Positions 34,137-43,885 of a stretch of 64,000 bases of DNA are shown piece after piece. The position numbers and the translations under genes were made by a program. Each line of letters begins with the position of its first letter. Within the stretch, counting starts at the first letter, position 1. The notes under the pieces are model-generated. The model was not told where the DNA came from and did not search any database. It saw only the letters and a program-made list of their open reading frames with translations. The DNA is from a virus (taxonomy: Duplodnaviria; Caudoviricetes). The stretch lies in IMG/VR virus record IMGVR_UViG_3300005544_000020, positions 160,001 through 224,000 of that record; one strand, written 5' to 3'.

Positions 34137-35258
34137 TCAGATCGTAACAGGAACCTGCTTCTTGTTGTTGGCTTTGATCTGGTAGAGCTCTGCGAGCGAA
34201 ACAGGCTCCAAGGTCTCCGACCCGGCCGGAGAAATGTCCGGAAGGCCGTTTCGAGTAAGCCAATCCTGAGCCTCTTCCGTGGTGAACTTCTGGAATTCCA
34301 GACGGGAAATGCAGCGTCCGGGCCTGATGACGGCCGGATCGATTTCCTCGATTTTCTCGTTGAAGGTCGGAAGGAAGATGTCCTCGCGGCCCTGCCCGAT
34401 CAAGCCGTCCGTGATGTTGAGCAGCTTGCCGAACTTATCCCAATGACGCTTCCGGCTTTCCACCGAAAGGAGATCCGCAGAATCCTCGATGATGAATAGA
34501 AGTCGCTTCTTCTTGCTCTGGCTGGAATCATCGTCGTCGTCGTCCGACTGAGCTCCTGGCACGGAGTTCATGTTGGGCGCGCTGGCGATCTCATAGTAAT
34601 ACGAAGGATTGGCCAGCATCTTTTCGGGATCGGTCACGATCACGAAATTGAAGCGATCACGCCAAGCCATGAGGAGAGCCCGGATGGCGAAGGTCTTCCC
34701 CGTCCCCGGCTCGCCGTGCCAGATCATGAGCCGGCCGTGGTTCCACGGCTTCTTCATGTCAATAAGGCGATCGAGCTCGCCAAGGCAGGATGACGCATAG
34801 TTCTGGCGTATCTCCGCCCAGGTCGGGCAGCGGAGGAACTGGGTGTTCCGCTCGACCCCTCCCATGCCCCCGGCATATGAGAAGTTCACCCAGACGCCGT
34901 TCTCTTCTTTGTTCTCGAACTTGAACTTCTGGAAGGGCTCGATGATCTTCTCAGCCATCACCTCGGCGCCATGATCGCCGGAGTAGACATGCACATCGAT
35001 CCGGCCGGGCATGAAAGTGGCCGACATGACCATCTTCTTGGCCTTGAAGTAGATCGTGGAATCGAGGACCACGATTGGCTTCCAGCCTTTGATCAGAGGC
35101 AGCAGCTTGTCGGCCGTGAGGTTCGGATCAATCATGAGGCTCTTCTGGGCGCTCGATTGCATGACGAAATCCGACGGGAGTGCCTTCAGAACCGCATGGC
35201 TCTTCAACATATCCGCCATGGAATGCGAATAGTTGGTAGAGACGATCGCATGATTCAT
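34137..35258 (-). CDS. AAA+ ATPase (BCS1-like)
   Basis: HGEPGTGKT, IIEDSAD, LLNITDG, DPAVIRPGR. Confidence 0.8.
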   Translation of the reverse strand: MNHAIVSTNYSHSMADMLKSHAVLKALPSDFVMQSSAQKSLMIDPNLTADKLLPLIKGWKPIVVLDSTIYFKAKKMVMSATFMPGRIDVHVYSGDHGAEVMAEKIIEPFQKFKFENKEENGVWVNFSYAGGMGGVERNTQFLRCPTWAEIRQNYASSCLGELDRLIDMKKPWNHGRLMIWHGEPGTGKTFAIRALLMAWRDRFNFVIVTDPEKMLANPSYYYEIASAPNMNSVPGAQSDDDDDDSSQSKKKRLLFIIEDSADLLSVESRKRHWDKFGKLLNITDGLIGQGREDIFLPTFNEKIEEIDPAVIRPGRCISRLEFQKFTTEEAQDWLTRNGLPDISPAGSETLEPVSLAELYQIKANNKKQVPVTI

Positions 35259-35288
35259 TTAAAGTTTCTCTTTGTACTAGTCGGGGTC

Positions 35289-35316
35289 AGTATATACGAG
35301 GTTTACGAGTTGTCAA
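35289..35316 (-). promoter_or_regulatory. sigma70-type promoter
   Basis: TTGACA-N16-TATACT, GTAAAC in spacer. Confidence 0.55.
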
Positions 35317-35510
35317 GACACTGGTTTACGCTTCATTTGCTTTCGGGCTTTCCGGGCCGTCTCGGAATCGCAGGGCTTGCAGCCTGCATTCGCATGGATC
35401 ACCCGGAAGACCGCCACGATCTGCTCGCCCTTCTTTTCGTCGGTGCTCTTTACCTTCCCTTTGAGGGCGCCGCCACACGCGCAATAGGCTTTGAATTTCA
35501 TGGAGCTCAT
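35313..35510 (-). CDS. small zinc-binding protein
   Basis: CACG...H...C. Confidence 0.5.
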   Translation of the reverse strand: MSSMKFKAYCACGGALKGKVKSTDEKKGEQIVAVFRVIHANAGCKPCDSETARKARKQMKRKPVS

Positions 35511-35516
35511 TTCTTT

Positions 35517-35732
35517 CTACTCGGTTGCGATTTTGACGTTGGCGACGAAAAGGTTACAGGTGGCGCAGGTCAGCATCATGTTGTCGCCTTCATAGGCCCG
35601 CGTCGTCTTCATCCCGGCCTCGGGGTGACACTTCTGCGCCAGATGAATATCCAGCGAAAGGTTTTCCAGCCCTTTGGCTCTCACAGCTTCACGAGCCATC
35701 GCGTCGAGATCCGCGACGATCAGCGGTTTCAT
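35517..35732 (-). CDS. small zinc-binding protein
   Basis: CHP...CATC. Confidence 0.5.
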   Translation of the reverse strand: MKPLIVADLDAMAREAVRAKGLENLSLDIHLAQKCHPEAGMKTTRAYEGDNMMLTCATCNLFVANVKIATE

Positions 35733-35733
35733 A

Positions 35734-35889
35734 TCAGTTCTCCCTACTTGCCTTTTCCTTCTGGAGGTATTCGATCAGCTTATTGTTCTCGGCAATGACC
35801 CTGTTGTTTTCCTCGATCATCATCTTATTGTGGAGAACGAGCCGCTCGTTCCTATCGATGATCATCTTGATGAGTTCGAACTTGGTCAT
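35734..35889 (-). CDS. 51-aa coiled-coil peptide (not in ORF track)
   Basis: Fills gap, SD AGGAG. Confidence 0.45.
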   Translation of the reverse strand: MTKFELIKMIIDRNERLVLHNKMMIEENNRVIAENNKLIEYLQKEKASREN

Positions 35890-35895
35890 AGACTC

Positions 35896-36207
35896 CTACT
35901 TGGGCGTCTCCGCCGGCTTCACCTGTTCATAGAACTCGAACATCCGCTTCGACTCGGCCTCGGTCAGACAGTGGCAGGAGAAGAAGATCGGGCGGCCGTT
36001 CACGCTCCGCGGCGCCGCCTTGTCGTAGTACTCGTAGATAAAGTTGATCTTGTCCTCTTCCATCTTCTTCATGGCTTCCGGCTCCATGAGTGCAATGACC
36101 AGGAACGAAGACCTCAGTTCGTACAGATCCTTGCAGTGCCGATCCGTGAAGATCCGGCCGTCCAGCAAGTCCTGGGCGACCTGTTTCAGCTCTTCGTCGG
36201 TCTTCAT
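35896..36207 (-). CDS. hypothetical protein
   Basis: TGATG overlap start at 36207. Confidence 0.55.
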   Translation of the reverse strand: MKTDEELKQVAQDLLDGRIFTDRHCKDLYELRSSFLVIALMEPEAMKKMEEDKINFIYEYYDKAAPRSVNGRPIFFSCHCLTEAESKRMFEFYEQVKPAETPK

Positions 36208-36662
36208 CAGTCGATTTCCCCTTTGAAGTCCGCGACGTCGATTGCTCCGGGCACCATCGCCATGGTGCCGCCCTTCACCACATCGACGTAGGTCTTGTTG
36301 ATTCGCGGAGACCAGGTCCGGACGAAGAGATAGCCGTCCTTCTCCTGGGCCCAGACCGGCACGTTCAGCTTGTCCCAGTCCGGCTTGGTGCCCTTTCCCC
36401 ACAGCCGGATATAGGGTTCCTTGGTGAACTTTTCCCTGGCATCGCCCACCTTGTCGAAGCCCTTCGGCAGGCCCAGGCAGAAGCTGCCAGTGCCCATCTT
36501 CATCGTGCCGGCGACGTGGCCCAGGCAGGTGAATCCGTATTCCGCATGGAGCCTGAAGGCTCCGCACTTGATGTCCATTCCGGCGACGCAGCCTGGACAC
36601 TGGAATTCCTCGATCATCTCCTTCTGTTCCTTGGTCGGGGCGGATCCTACTTGGGTTCTCAT
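36207..36662 (-). CDS. Cys-rich hypothetical protein
   Basis: FQCPGC...C. Confidence 0.6.
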   Translation of the reverse strand: MRTQVGSAPTKEQKEMIEEFQCPGCVAGMDIKCGAFRLHAEYGFTCLGHVAGTMKMGTGSFCLGLPKGFDKVGDAREKFTKEPYIRLWGKGTKPDWDKLNVPVWAQEKDGYLFVRTWSPRINKTYVDVVKGGTMAMVPGAIDVADFKGEID

Positions 36663-36678
36663 GAAGCTCTCTCCTTCT

Positions 36679-37002
36679 TTATTTCGTCTTGCCTCTCGCG
36701 ATGGGGCTGTGAATATTCACAGCGGCGCGCATCGTACGGCGCTTCCCTTCGCGTTCGAAAAGACAGCCGTAGATAATCGCTCCCGGCAAGGTCTTGGACC
36801 CGACTACGAAAGTGCCTCCCACATGGAAGTTCACGAGGAGCGGACGCCCGTCCGAAAGTCCGTCCATGAGGGTCATCCACCACTGGTGGAAGAAATCGTA
36901 TTTCGGGCTCTCGCGATGGGTCTTCAAGACTCGGCGGGGACGAATACTTCCGAGCGAATCGAGCCATACCCAAGCGTCCGAAATGGATAGGTTTTCACTC
37001 AT
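36679..37002 (-). CDS. hypothetical protein
   Basis: ATGA overlap. Confidence 0.5.
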   Translation of the reverse strand: MSENLSISDAWVWLDSLGSIRPRRVLKTHRESPKYDFFHQWWMTLMDGLSDGRPLLVNFHVGGTFVVGSKTLPGAIIYGCLFEREGKRRTMRAAVNIHSPIARGKTK

Positions 37003-37160
37003 GGCTTGCCGCCTCCAAACGTCGCGAAGTAAGGCTCTCCCGTGTCTCCAGAGTCATAACAGGGTTTGCAGACTTTTCCGTGCTGGGTGTCCACGACCAA
37101 CTCCCCCACAAGCTGTAGAGGAATGCCGCACTCGACGCACTTTTGATCTTCGATACTCAT
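36999..37160 (-). CDS. small zinc-finger protein
   Basis: CVECG...CKPC. Confidence 0.5.
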   Translation of the reverse strand: MSIEDQKCVECGIPLQLVGELVVDTQHGKVCKPCYDSGDTGEPYFATFGGGKP

Positions 37161-37444
37161 GACTTTGCCTTCGACCCGTACTTCCGCCGAAGCCACGTCG
37201 GAAGATGGCTGTAGAGCGCAGCGGCATACTCCCGCTGGCCGCGGCTCCAGCATTTGCTGTCGCCGTCATCTCCCTCGAAGGGGAACTTCAGCATCTCGAG
37301 GATATCGGCCTCCACGTCGGAGTTCCCGAAGGGCCTCTTGCAGTCCACTCCGATGGCGCCGTACTCGCAGTTGTCGCGCTGGAGATTGTCGAAAAAGGCC
37401 TTCTCCAGGATCTCCATGTGCGCCGGTTCCAAGATCAGTCCCAT
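37157..37444 (-). CDS. hypothetical protein
   Basis: DCKRPFGNSDV motif. Confidence 0.55.
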   Translation of the reverse strand: MGLILEPAHMEILEKAFFDNLQRDNCEYGAIGVDCKRPFGNSDVEADILEMLKFPFEGDDGDSKCWSRGQREYAAALYSHLPTWLRRKYGSKAKS

Positions 37445-37451
37445 AAGACCC

Positions 37452-38249
37452 TCACCTACGATCATGCTCCTGCTTGTTCATTTGCTTGTCCCACCATGGG
37501 CGTAGAACAGGTTCAGAAGCCGAAAGCACTTTCTCGATGTCTTTCGCCAGCGAATCCAGGTTGCGGGGAAGATGCCGATGGAGAACGAGAGACAGCAGGC
37601 TGTGGAGATCGTTCATGATGCTTAGCTGCTTCTCGCCCTGCTCGCGGAGCACATCTTCCACGGATTTGTAGCAGATCTTCCCCTTGTGGATAGGCACGTC
37701 GGCCTTTTCCCGGACCCGGGCGATCACCGCATTCTCGATGTTGATCGGACCGTAGGGATGCTTCGAAGCCATCCGGATCGCGCAGATCACGAGATCCGCC
37801 AGGTAGTTTGCCGTCCGCTGGGCCGGAAAAGACTCGCCGCCATGATCGGCTTCTTCAACCATCGAAACCAGCTTTCCGGTGGCCTTCATGACATGCTTGA
37901 GCGCATGGTCGAAATCCCGATAGGGCAGCTTCCCGGCTTTGAACTCCTCGCTGTAGGATTCCAAGGTCCAGGTCTGCTGAAGTTCTTCCTGCAGTTCCGA
38001 AAGAGTCACCTGATTGACGTCTCCGGGTACCGGCAGAATGACAGCATCTCCCTCGGGATGAGTTTCTCTGTTCAGCAGCCGCAGCGTTTCAGCCGCTTTC
38101 TCTTTGGATTGGAAATATTGAGGGGGGCAGTTCCAAGGCGACGGCTCCAGAGTAGGATCTTCCTTAGAAGCTGCCTGCCATTCTCCCTTGGCATTCAGCG
38201 TATAGCAGAAGCCCACCTCCGGCGGATTGATCGTGATGATGTAGCGCAT
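37452..38249 (-). CDS. protein with central MazG-like domain
   Basis: HALKHVMKATGKL...EEADH...LADLVIC. Confidence 0.5.
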   Translation of the reverse strand: MRYIITINPPEVGFCYTLNAKGEWQAASKEDPTLEPSPWNCPPQYFQSKEKAAETLRLLNRETHPEGDAVILPVPGDVNQVTLSELQEELQQTWTLESYSEEFKAGKLPYRDFDHALKHVMKATGKLVSMVEEADHGGESFPAQRTANYLADLVICAIRMASKHPYGPINIENAVIARVREKADVPIHKGKICYKSVEDVLREQGEKQLSIMNDLHSLLSLVLHRHLPRNLDSLAKDIEKVLSASEPVLRPWWDKQMNKQEHDRR

Positions 38250-38252
38250 GTA

Positions 38253-39050
38253 TTACCCCTTCAGATCTTCGGTGAAGCCGGCTGCGTCACGATGGCCGCC
38301 GCCGCCGAACTTCTTGGCGATCGTGGAGACATCGAAGCGGCCCGGTGACCGGAGACCCCAGCACCGTTTGCCGTTCCGTTCGAAGTAATAGGCCGCGAAC
38401 GGCGCCGTCGGATGATCCATGCAGAGCTTGTCGCCCGTCTCGCTCCGGAGCACGATCGTATTCACGCAGGGAACGAGATGGCCGTCGATTTCCTTCATCG
38501 AGGCCCCGGCGCAGATCTCAGCCAGCACCTGGGACTGATAGCGCAGAATCACGCCGCCGTCCAGCTTCAGCTTTTCCATCCCCATCGTCATGAGCTGCTC
38601 CCAGACCTCGAACTTCTGAGGATAGGAAGGAAGCGCGGCACCGACTTCGCGCGAGTAAGGCATGTCGAAGCGCCACAGATCGCGGTCCTCGAGGTAAAGA
38701 ATGAACTCCGGTACCTTCCCCTTATGGAAATGGACCCAGGAAAGGTACGCGCCGGAATGGTTGATGTCGAAATAGGTTCCCGGGAGATCACCGATCTCCT
38801 CCTGGTTGGTGATGTGGTGATCGAGAACAACGACGTCCTTCACCGACTCCCGGAAGGCCAGGAATTTGGCCTTGGGGAAGGCAACGTCGACCATGACGAC
38901 ATTCGCCGTCTTGGGTAGGGATGGAGGCGGATCCGAGGGCTGGAGGCCAATATATTCCGCCTTCTTGCCCAGATGCTTCCAGGCCGCGAAGGCCGCGCCG
39001 AAGCCGTCGGGGCAGCCGCCGTGGTAGAGAACGTGCGTATAACTGCGCAT
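38253..39050 (-). CDS. DHH/DHHA1 phosphoesterase
   Basis: YH..CPDGF, LDHH, EDRDLW, GGGGHRDAAG. Confidence 0.85.
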   Translation of the reverse strand: MRSYTHVLYHGGCPDGFGAAFAAWKHLGKKAEYIGLQPSDPPPSLPKTANVVMVDVAFPKAKFLAFRESVKDVVVLDHHITNQEEIGDLPGTYFDINHSGAYLSWVHFHKGKVPEFILYLEDRDLWRFDMPYSREVGAALPSYPQKFEVWEQLMTMGMEKLKLDGGVILRYQSQVLAEICAGASMKEIDGHLVPCVNTIVLRSETGDKLCMDHPTAPFAAYYFERNGKRCWGLRSPGRFDVSTIAKKFGGGGHRDAAGFTEDLKG

Positions 39051-39064
39051 ATCTCCTGCCTTTC

Positions 39065-39283
39065 CTAGACCGCGTAGCGCCAAGTCGCCAGATCAAGGCT
39101 CACGACCAGGCTGCTCAACTTCTGATCTTTCATCGTGACCGGATCTTCCAGGTGATGGACAACCTTGATTGCCGCGCTGAACATTTCGTCCGCAATCTTC
39201 TTCTTATGGACGAGCTCTTTGAAGCAGTCCGTGAGATTGTGCGGCGCCGGCAGCCCGCAACTATCGCAGATCTCCTGGTTCAT
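39065..39283 (-). CDS. hypothetical protein
   Basis: CDSCG...H...C. Confidence 0.5.
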   Translation of the reverse strand: MNQEICDSCGLPAPHNLTDCFKELVHKKKIADEMFSAAIKVVHHLEDPVTMKDQKLSSLVVSLDLATWRYAV

Positions 39284-39555
39284 TGCGGCAACTCCCCGAT
39301 CAGCTTCCGGCAGTCCGGACAGAGCGGCAGCTTGGCAATCTTCTCGACCTCGTCGAGCTGGGCGACGGTCTTTTCGCCCTCATTCAAGCCGTCCTTCAGC
39401 TCCATCCCCTTCAGCATCCAGTCGAGATCCTTGGCAGCGCTCTTTGTCTGGTCCATCAGGCGCTGATTGAAGTCCTCAAGATCGACTTCTTCGCCCATCC
39501 AATAAAGGACAGTTACATGGTCGTTGCTGTCCCAGTAGGCGCCGTGCTTCTTCAT
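39280..39555 (-). CDS. hypothetical protein
   Basis: Operon overlap. Confidence 0.5.
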   Translation of the reverse strand: MKKHGAYWDSNDHVTVLYWMGEEVDLEDFNQRLMDQTKSAAKDLDWMLKGMELKDGLNEGEKTVAQLDEVEKIAKLPLCPDCRKLIGELPQ

Positions 39556-39758
39556 GGCTTCGTCTCCATCAACGGCACGGCATACTGGACACCCATCATG
39601 TGGGTGAGATCGATGCAGCCCATTTCGCCCAAGTCGGGAATGGGCTTGGGCAGGCTGCAGATCCTAAGCAGCGTTCGACCCGTCTTCTTGCAATGGACGT
39701 AGATCACGCCGCGGTCACCGTCGATCTCGAGCTGGGCATCATGAATGGTCGTCGCCAT
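39552..39758 (-). CDS. hypothetical protein
   Basis: SD AAGGAG. Confidence 0.5.
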   Translation of the reverse strand: MATTIHDAQLEIDGDRGVIYVHCKKTGRTLLRICSLPKPIPDLGEMGCIDLTHMMGVQYAVPLMETKP

Positions 39759-39877
39759 TGCCGCTCTCCTTGATCTCCCTCTTCGACATCGTGCACATCA
39801 CGTTGGCGACGAGATAATGAGTCCGGTACTCGCCGTCCACGCAGTCGACGATCTGCTCGCACTTCGGACACTTCACC

Positions 39878-40459
39878 TTACCGGCTTCCACGCTCTCCCC
39901 CTTTTCGGTCGAAGGCCTCTTCCAGAACCGGCCGGATCTTCTCCAGTTCCTCCCGGCTCGACACCGGATAGAGATTTAGGCGCCGGGAGGTGTCTTTGTT
40001 CCATGCCTGGGTAGGCATGACCACGATCCCGCGCGGACGATGATCCATCCAACGTAGGAAATGGTTCGGGTAATCGTCGACCAGGACGCGGCCGTAGTAG
40101 AGCCCTTTGTCCTGAGTCACCGTCATCTCTACATCCGGCGGCAGATGCTCCGCGATCCAAGCCGCCTTCTCCGACCAGGCATTCTTCGACTGCTTGGACG
40201 ACTTGGTCAGGATCATGATGCGGAAGCCGATCTCCTGGAGCATCTTGACGATCTCGAATCCGAGCGGCAGCGGCTTCAGGTTGTAGTACCAGCCGGCCTG
40301 CCCGCGGATCAGCCATTCGATCTCCTGGATGACGCAGGGAGGCACCTTGACCTCTTCGCCGCGGCCGTTGAGAACTCTCGCCACATCGCGGTCCAGGGCC
40401 CCGCGGAAATCGCAGAGTGTCCCATCCATGTCCACCAGGGCTACTTTTTCATCGTCCAT
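39878..40459 (-). CDS. HAD-superfamily phosphatase (5'(3')-nucleotidase-like)
   Basis: DMDGTLCD, ILT, VLVDD. Confidence 0.75.
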   Translation of the reverse strand: MDDEKVALVDMDGTLCDFRGALDRDVARVLNGRGEEVKVPPCVIQEIEWLIRGQAGWYYNLKPLPLGFEIVKMLQEIGFRIMILTKSSKQSKNAWSEKAAWIAEHLPPDVEMTVTQDKGLYYGRVLVDDYPNHFLRWMDHRPRGIVVMPTQAWNKDTSRRLNLYPVSSREELEKIRPVLEEAFDRKGGERGSR

Positions 40460-40718
40460 AGGGTCTCAGCTTCTCCAGAACATGCGCTTTACACGGGACC
40501 GTGATTCGGATGTCCTCGTCAACAATCCGGTGGATCCCATTCTCTACCGGGACACCATCACGACAGTCTTCGCATAGCAGCTTTCCGATCTTCTCTCGTT
40601 CGTCTTGACGGGCCAGCCGCTCGACCTCCATGGCCAAGCACCGACAATACGCCTCTGCATGCGGCGGATCGCCGATATTGTTCGTGGCCCGGTTGTAGAT
40701 CGGTAGCTCGTCTTCCAT
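40449..40718 (-). CDS. hypothetical protein
   Basis: TGATG overlap start. Confidence 0.5.
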   Translation of the reverse strand: MEDELPIYNRATNNIGDPPHAEAYCRCLAMEVERLARQDEREKIGKLLCEDCRDGVPVENGIHRIVDEDIRITVPCKAHVLEKLRPYGR

Positions 40719-41701
40719 CAGTCCTTTTCCTTCCTGGTCAGATATCCCTCGCCGTGGTACTTCAAGATCACGCGGCAGATCCGCTCGTCGAACCGCTCCT
40801 GAGGTACCTTTGCGACGAAGCCTTCGCGAACGTGGTCGATCGACTCGCTGGGTCCCAGAAGGACGGACGTTCCTTCTGCCATCGCCTTCAGGCTCTCCTT
40901 CCATGGACCGCGGTATAGGACCGGGACGGTCGGGACCTCAAGCGTCCTGGCGAGCGACTCGAACGCGTCGTAATCCAGATACCGGTTCGTGGTGAGATCC
41001 ATGGCATCGAAGAGAGCCAGGCTCGAATCCCCAGGCTTATGGCCGTAACGCAGATTCTGGATCCAGCCGTAGACCTCGCCGTAGATCGCAATCCCCGGCA
41101 TCGACTGCAGGCGCCTCGCCAAATCATGCTTTTTGGCTGCGCCCCAGTAGACGGAGCCCGGGATCTCCTTCTTCACCTCGTTGTGGGACCCGACCCAGAG
41201 GCGCTCTTCCTTCCAAACATAGCGCGCGGAGGTCCCGTGGATCTTCTCCGTGAGGATGACTTCCTCGCCCTCCTTCAGCACGTCCGGCCAGCGCCGGATG
41301 CTCTCGATGTCCGTGTACTTCGGCCAGTCGAAGGGGCATTTCTCGGCCTCGCCGCCGGTCACGGCGCCGATCGGCGGCTCGTACTTCGTGATGCGGAGCT
41401 GCTCGGCGACGATCTCGCCTTCCTTCATGCCATCCACGACCTTGATGAGCAGGCCCATGCTGAAGATGCCCCGAAGGCGCTTCGCCTTGATGCGGAGATG
41501 GCCCTGGAGGAAGGCCCATCTGGGATCGTCCGCCGGCACGACACTCTCGACCGGGACGTAGACCGCGAGATCGCCTTCCTGGAGTTCGCCGACCGCCGTG
41601 ATCACCGGATAGTCGAAGACCTTAGTGATCAGAAGACGATCCGCGTTTGGATGCTTCGAGAGTGCGCCGACTTTGACGACCTGGACCTTCCACTCGCTCA
41701 T
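40718..41701 (-). CDS. RNA ligase, DRB0094 (Rnl5) family
   Basis: HPNADRL, RLRGIFSMGL, EKIHGTS (motif I), YGEVYG, REGFV, ILKY. Confidence 0.85.
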   Translation of the reverse strand: MSEWKVQVVKVGALSKHPNADRLLITKVFDYPVITAVGELQEGDLAVYVPVESVVPADDPRWAFLQGHLRIKAKRLRGIFSMGLLIKVVDGMKEGEIVAEQLRITKYEPPIGAVTGGEAEKCPFDWPKYTDIESIRRWPDVLKEGEEVILTEKIHGTSARYVWKEERLWVGSHNEVKKEIPGSVYWGAAKKHDLARRLQSMPGIAIYGEVYGWIQNLRYGHKPGDSSLALFDAMDLTTNRYLDYDAFESLARTLEVPTVPVLYRGPWKESLKAMAEGTSVLLGPSESIDHVREGFVAKVPQERFDERICRVILKYHGEGYLTRKEKD

Positions 41702-42099
41702 CAGGCTGCTCCTAGCTGCTCCCGCAGCTTTTCCTTCACCAGTTCCCCCTTCAAGATTCCCGCCGACATCGTGACCAGGAGGGGAACGCCATTCGTCACT
41801 TCAAAGACCTTCTTGTACCACGCTTCAAAGGAGACTTCCTTCTCCGCTCTGAGCCAGAAATAGAGAGCCGTGAGCAGATCCTTCATCTCCTCCTTCGGAC
41901 CCTTGAAAACCGTCCGGTCCTTGCAGTGGAGGACATGCGTCATGGTCTCGAGCCGGTCTTCCGTCAAGACTGTGACGCTGCCGCCATAGCCCATCTCGTA
42001 CTTGCAGAGGGATTCCACTGCATCACCGAGTTCCGCGTATCGGCTCGAGAGCAGGATCTCAGGACCGCCATTCTCACGATAGCTCCAGATCTCGATCAT
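41701..42099 (-). CDS. hypothetical protein
   Basis: ATGA overlap start. Confidence 0.5.
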   Translation of the reverse strand: MIEIWSYRENGGPEILLSSRYAELGDAVESLCKYEMGYGGSVTVLTEDRLETMTHVLHCKDRTVFKGPKEEMKDLLTALYFWLRAEKEVSFEAWYKKVFEVTNGVPLLVTMSAGILKGELVKEKLREQLGAA

Positions 42100-42410
42100 C
42101 GAATGTCCTCCGGAACCGGCGACATGCCCATCTGGTCCGAATAGAAATATCGGAGGTCTTTCTGGCCGCGGAAACCCCATCCAAGCTGCAGGCTTAGTTG
42201 CTGCTGCAGGCCATAGCGTTTGAAGCGGCCGCGCAGCGTCACTTGGGATGGGTTCTTTGCCACCTCATCCACGACCTTCTGGGCGAAGTTATACAGCCAG
42301 ATCTCCGACAGGGGGCCGACCTGGTCGGTCACCTTGAGCTCGATCCGATCCTTGGCGATGGTGAGCTTGTTGGTCGTCGTGCCCTTGCGGACAACGGTGA
42401 TTTCGGCCAC
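42096..42410 (-). CDS. hypothetical protein
   Basis: SD AAGGAG before GTG 42410. Confidence 0.5.
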   Translation of the reverse strand: MAEITVVRKGTTTNKLTIAKDRIELKVTDQVGPLSEIWLYNFAQKVVDEVAKNPSQVTLRGRFKRYGLQQQLSLQLGWGFRGQKDLRYFYSDQMGMSPVPEDIR

Positions 42411-42438
42411 CCGACTATCTCCTTCCCTACAGCCCGGA

Positions 42439-42467
42439 AGTATATCGGGTAAACCGGGTTTAGGCAA
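42439..42467 (-). promoter_or_regulatory. sigma70-type promoter
   Basis: TTGCCT-N17-TATACT, inverted GTAAAC in spacer. Confidence 0.55.
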
Positions 42468-43383
42468 GCGTTCTTGCGATGTAACCTTGCTGTCCGAGAC
42501 CGGGATATGGCGGGAAGACGACAGGCACCGTCATCGCAGTCGAGGCGTTCGTAAAAGACAGGGTCGTGCTGTTGGTACCGGTAAAGACTCCCGTTCCACT
42601 GTCTCCAAGCCCGTATCCGATGGAGATGTTGTTCATCAAGCGTTGCGCTCGCTCGGCCTGCTCTTCGAACTGCGTCGGCGGAAGTTTATAGCGCTCCTTG
42701 GGCGGGATCCGAACCCAGTCCTTCGCTCTTTCGAGGAGCGCACTCCTCATAAGCCAAGGTCTGAAGGCGGCCGAATCGCGGACGGCATTGCGCCGTGATT
42801 GGGCCATCATTGCTTCCGTGGGAAGCTCTGCCTTCAGTTGGAGGGTCCTCACCCAATTCTCCCGCTCGCGGAACTCGAGCGCGGAATCCTCATTCCAGTC
42901 CGACTCATTGGATTGGGTGTACCAGGGGTCGGGAGCTTTCTTCGGAGGTCCGATCTCGTTGTGATATGGATTGGGGAAAGAGGTCTGTGGGTCAACCCTT
43001 CCTCGGAAGGGATCGTTGCTGTAGTGGAACGCGTTCCCGATGGCCCGGAAATGCATCTCCGAGCCTTCGAGGAGATTCTTCATCGCGACCACATGGTCCG
43101 TCTCCGGCGCGAACGACCGATCCTGCGTGAGGATGCACCAGGACGCCCGAGGCCTTCCGTCCTCGAGCTCCAGAACCGTGGTCCAGCGACGCACCATGTA
43201 CGTCCGCTTCGTCACATTCCCGAGCGCCGGGAACATGCCTGAAAGGCAGTAGAACGAAAACCGCTTCTCGTCGGACATCGACGCAAGAAGTCCCATTGCC
43301 CGACGCTCAGGATCCGGGACCTGACCGGCCTGGAGCGCCGCCCAGTAGTCGAGCTGCTTGTCTTTGCCCCAGAGAATGCTCAT
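42460..43383 (-). CDS. hypothetical protein
   Basis: ATGA overlap start. Confidence 0.6.
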   Translation of the reverse strand: MSILWGKDKQLDYWAALQAGQVPDPERRAMGLLASMSDEKRFSFYCLSGMFPALGNVTKRTYMVRRWTTVLELEDGRPRASWCILTQDRSFAPETDHVVAMKNLLEGSEMHFRAIGNAFHYSNDPFRGRVDPQTSFPNPYHNEIGPPKKAPDPWYTQSNESDWNEDSALEFRERENWVRTLQLKAELPTEAMMAQSRRNAVRDSAAFRPWLMRSALLERAKDWVRIPPKERYKLPPTQFEEQAERAQRLMNNISIGYGLGDSGTGVFTGTNSTTLSFTNASTAMTVPVVFPPYPGLGQQGYIARTLA

Positions 43384-43562
43384 TTGAAGTTGATGTCGAT
43401 CTTTCGAGGTACTCCCATCAGGACGCCCTTGCACTTCTCGCAGTACCAGGCTTCGCCCATCCGATTGCCATTTTCATCCCGAGGGCGAGGATCGGGAGTC
43501 GCGTCTCCAGGACGCCATTCCCGCATCTCCTGAGGGAACTTGCAGCCCCAGCAGTATTGCAT
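43380..43562 (-). CDS. small zinc-ribbon protein
   Basis: CWGC...CEKC. Confidence 0.5.
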   Translation of the reverse strand: MQYCWGCKFPQEMREWRPGDATPDPRPRDENGNRMGEAWYCEKCKGVLMGVPRKIDINFK

Positions 43563-43564
43563 CT

Positions 43565-43885
43565 CTAGAATTTCCAGTTCTTGTTTCGCCAATCCTGGGC
43601 GATGGCGCCCACGATGTTTTGCAACTCCGGATGAAGAGGATTCATCCAGCGATCATCACCGACGTCGACGAGAAGCAGCTTCTCTCTAGACTTGATGAAC
43701 TTGTCGGCAAACTTGGGTTGCATCACGACGATGTAATCCGCCCACGCTGAGAAGTAGTCCAGGCTTTCCTGAGAGCATTTGGAATAGGAAACCGGAACGG
43801 CTTCCTGCCCGAAATTGTATTTGAGCGTGAAGGCCATTCCGACGCTGCGGACGTTGCCGCCTTCGCACACCGTCAGGAATTTCAT
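43565..43885 (-). CDS. low-molecular-weight protein-tyrosine-phosphatase-like protein
   Basis: N-terminal TVCEGGNVRS (CX5R) and VGDD. Confidence 0.7.
   Translation of the reverse strand: MKFLTVCEGGNVRSVGMAFTLKYNFGQEAVPVSYSKCSQESLDYFSAWADYIVVMQPKFADKFIKSREKLLLVDVGDDRWMNPLHPELQNIVGAIAQDWRNKNWKF

Noticed and set aside
35313-36207. In-frame TAG junctions at 35517 and 35896 as programmed fusions
   Set aside because: Roughly a quarter to a third of TAG-ended genes are in frame with the next gene, as expected by chance; no domain evidence for fusion.
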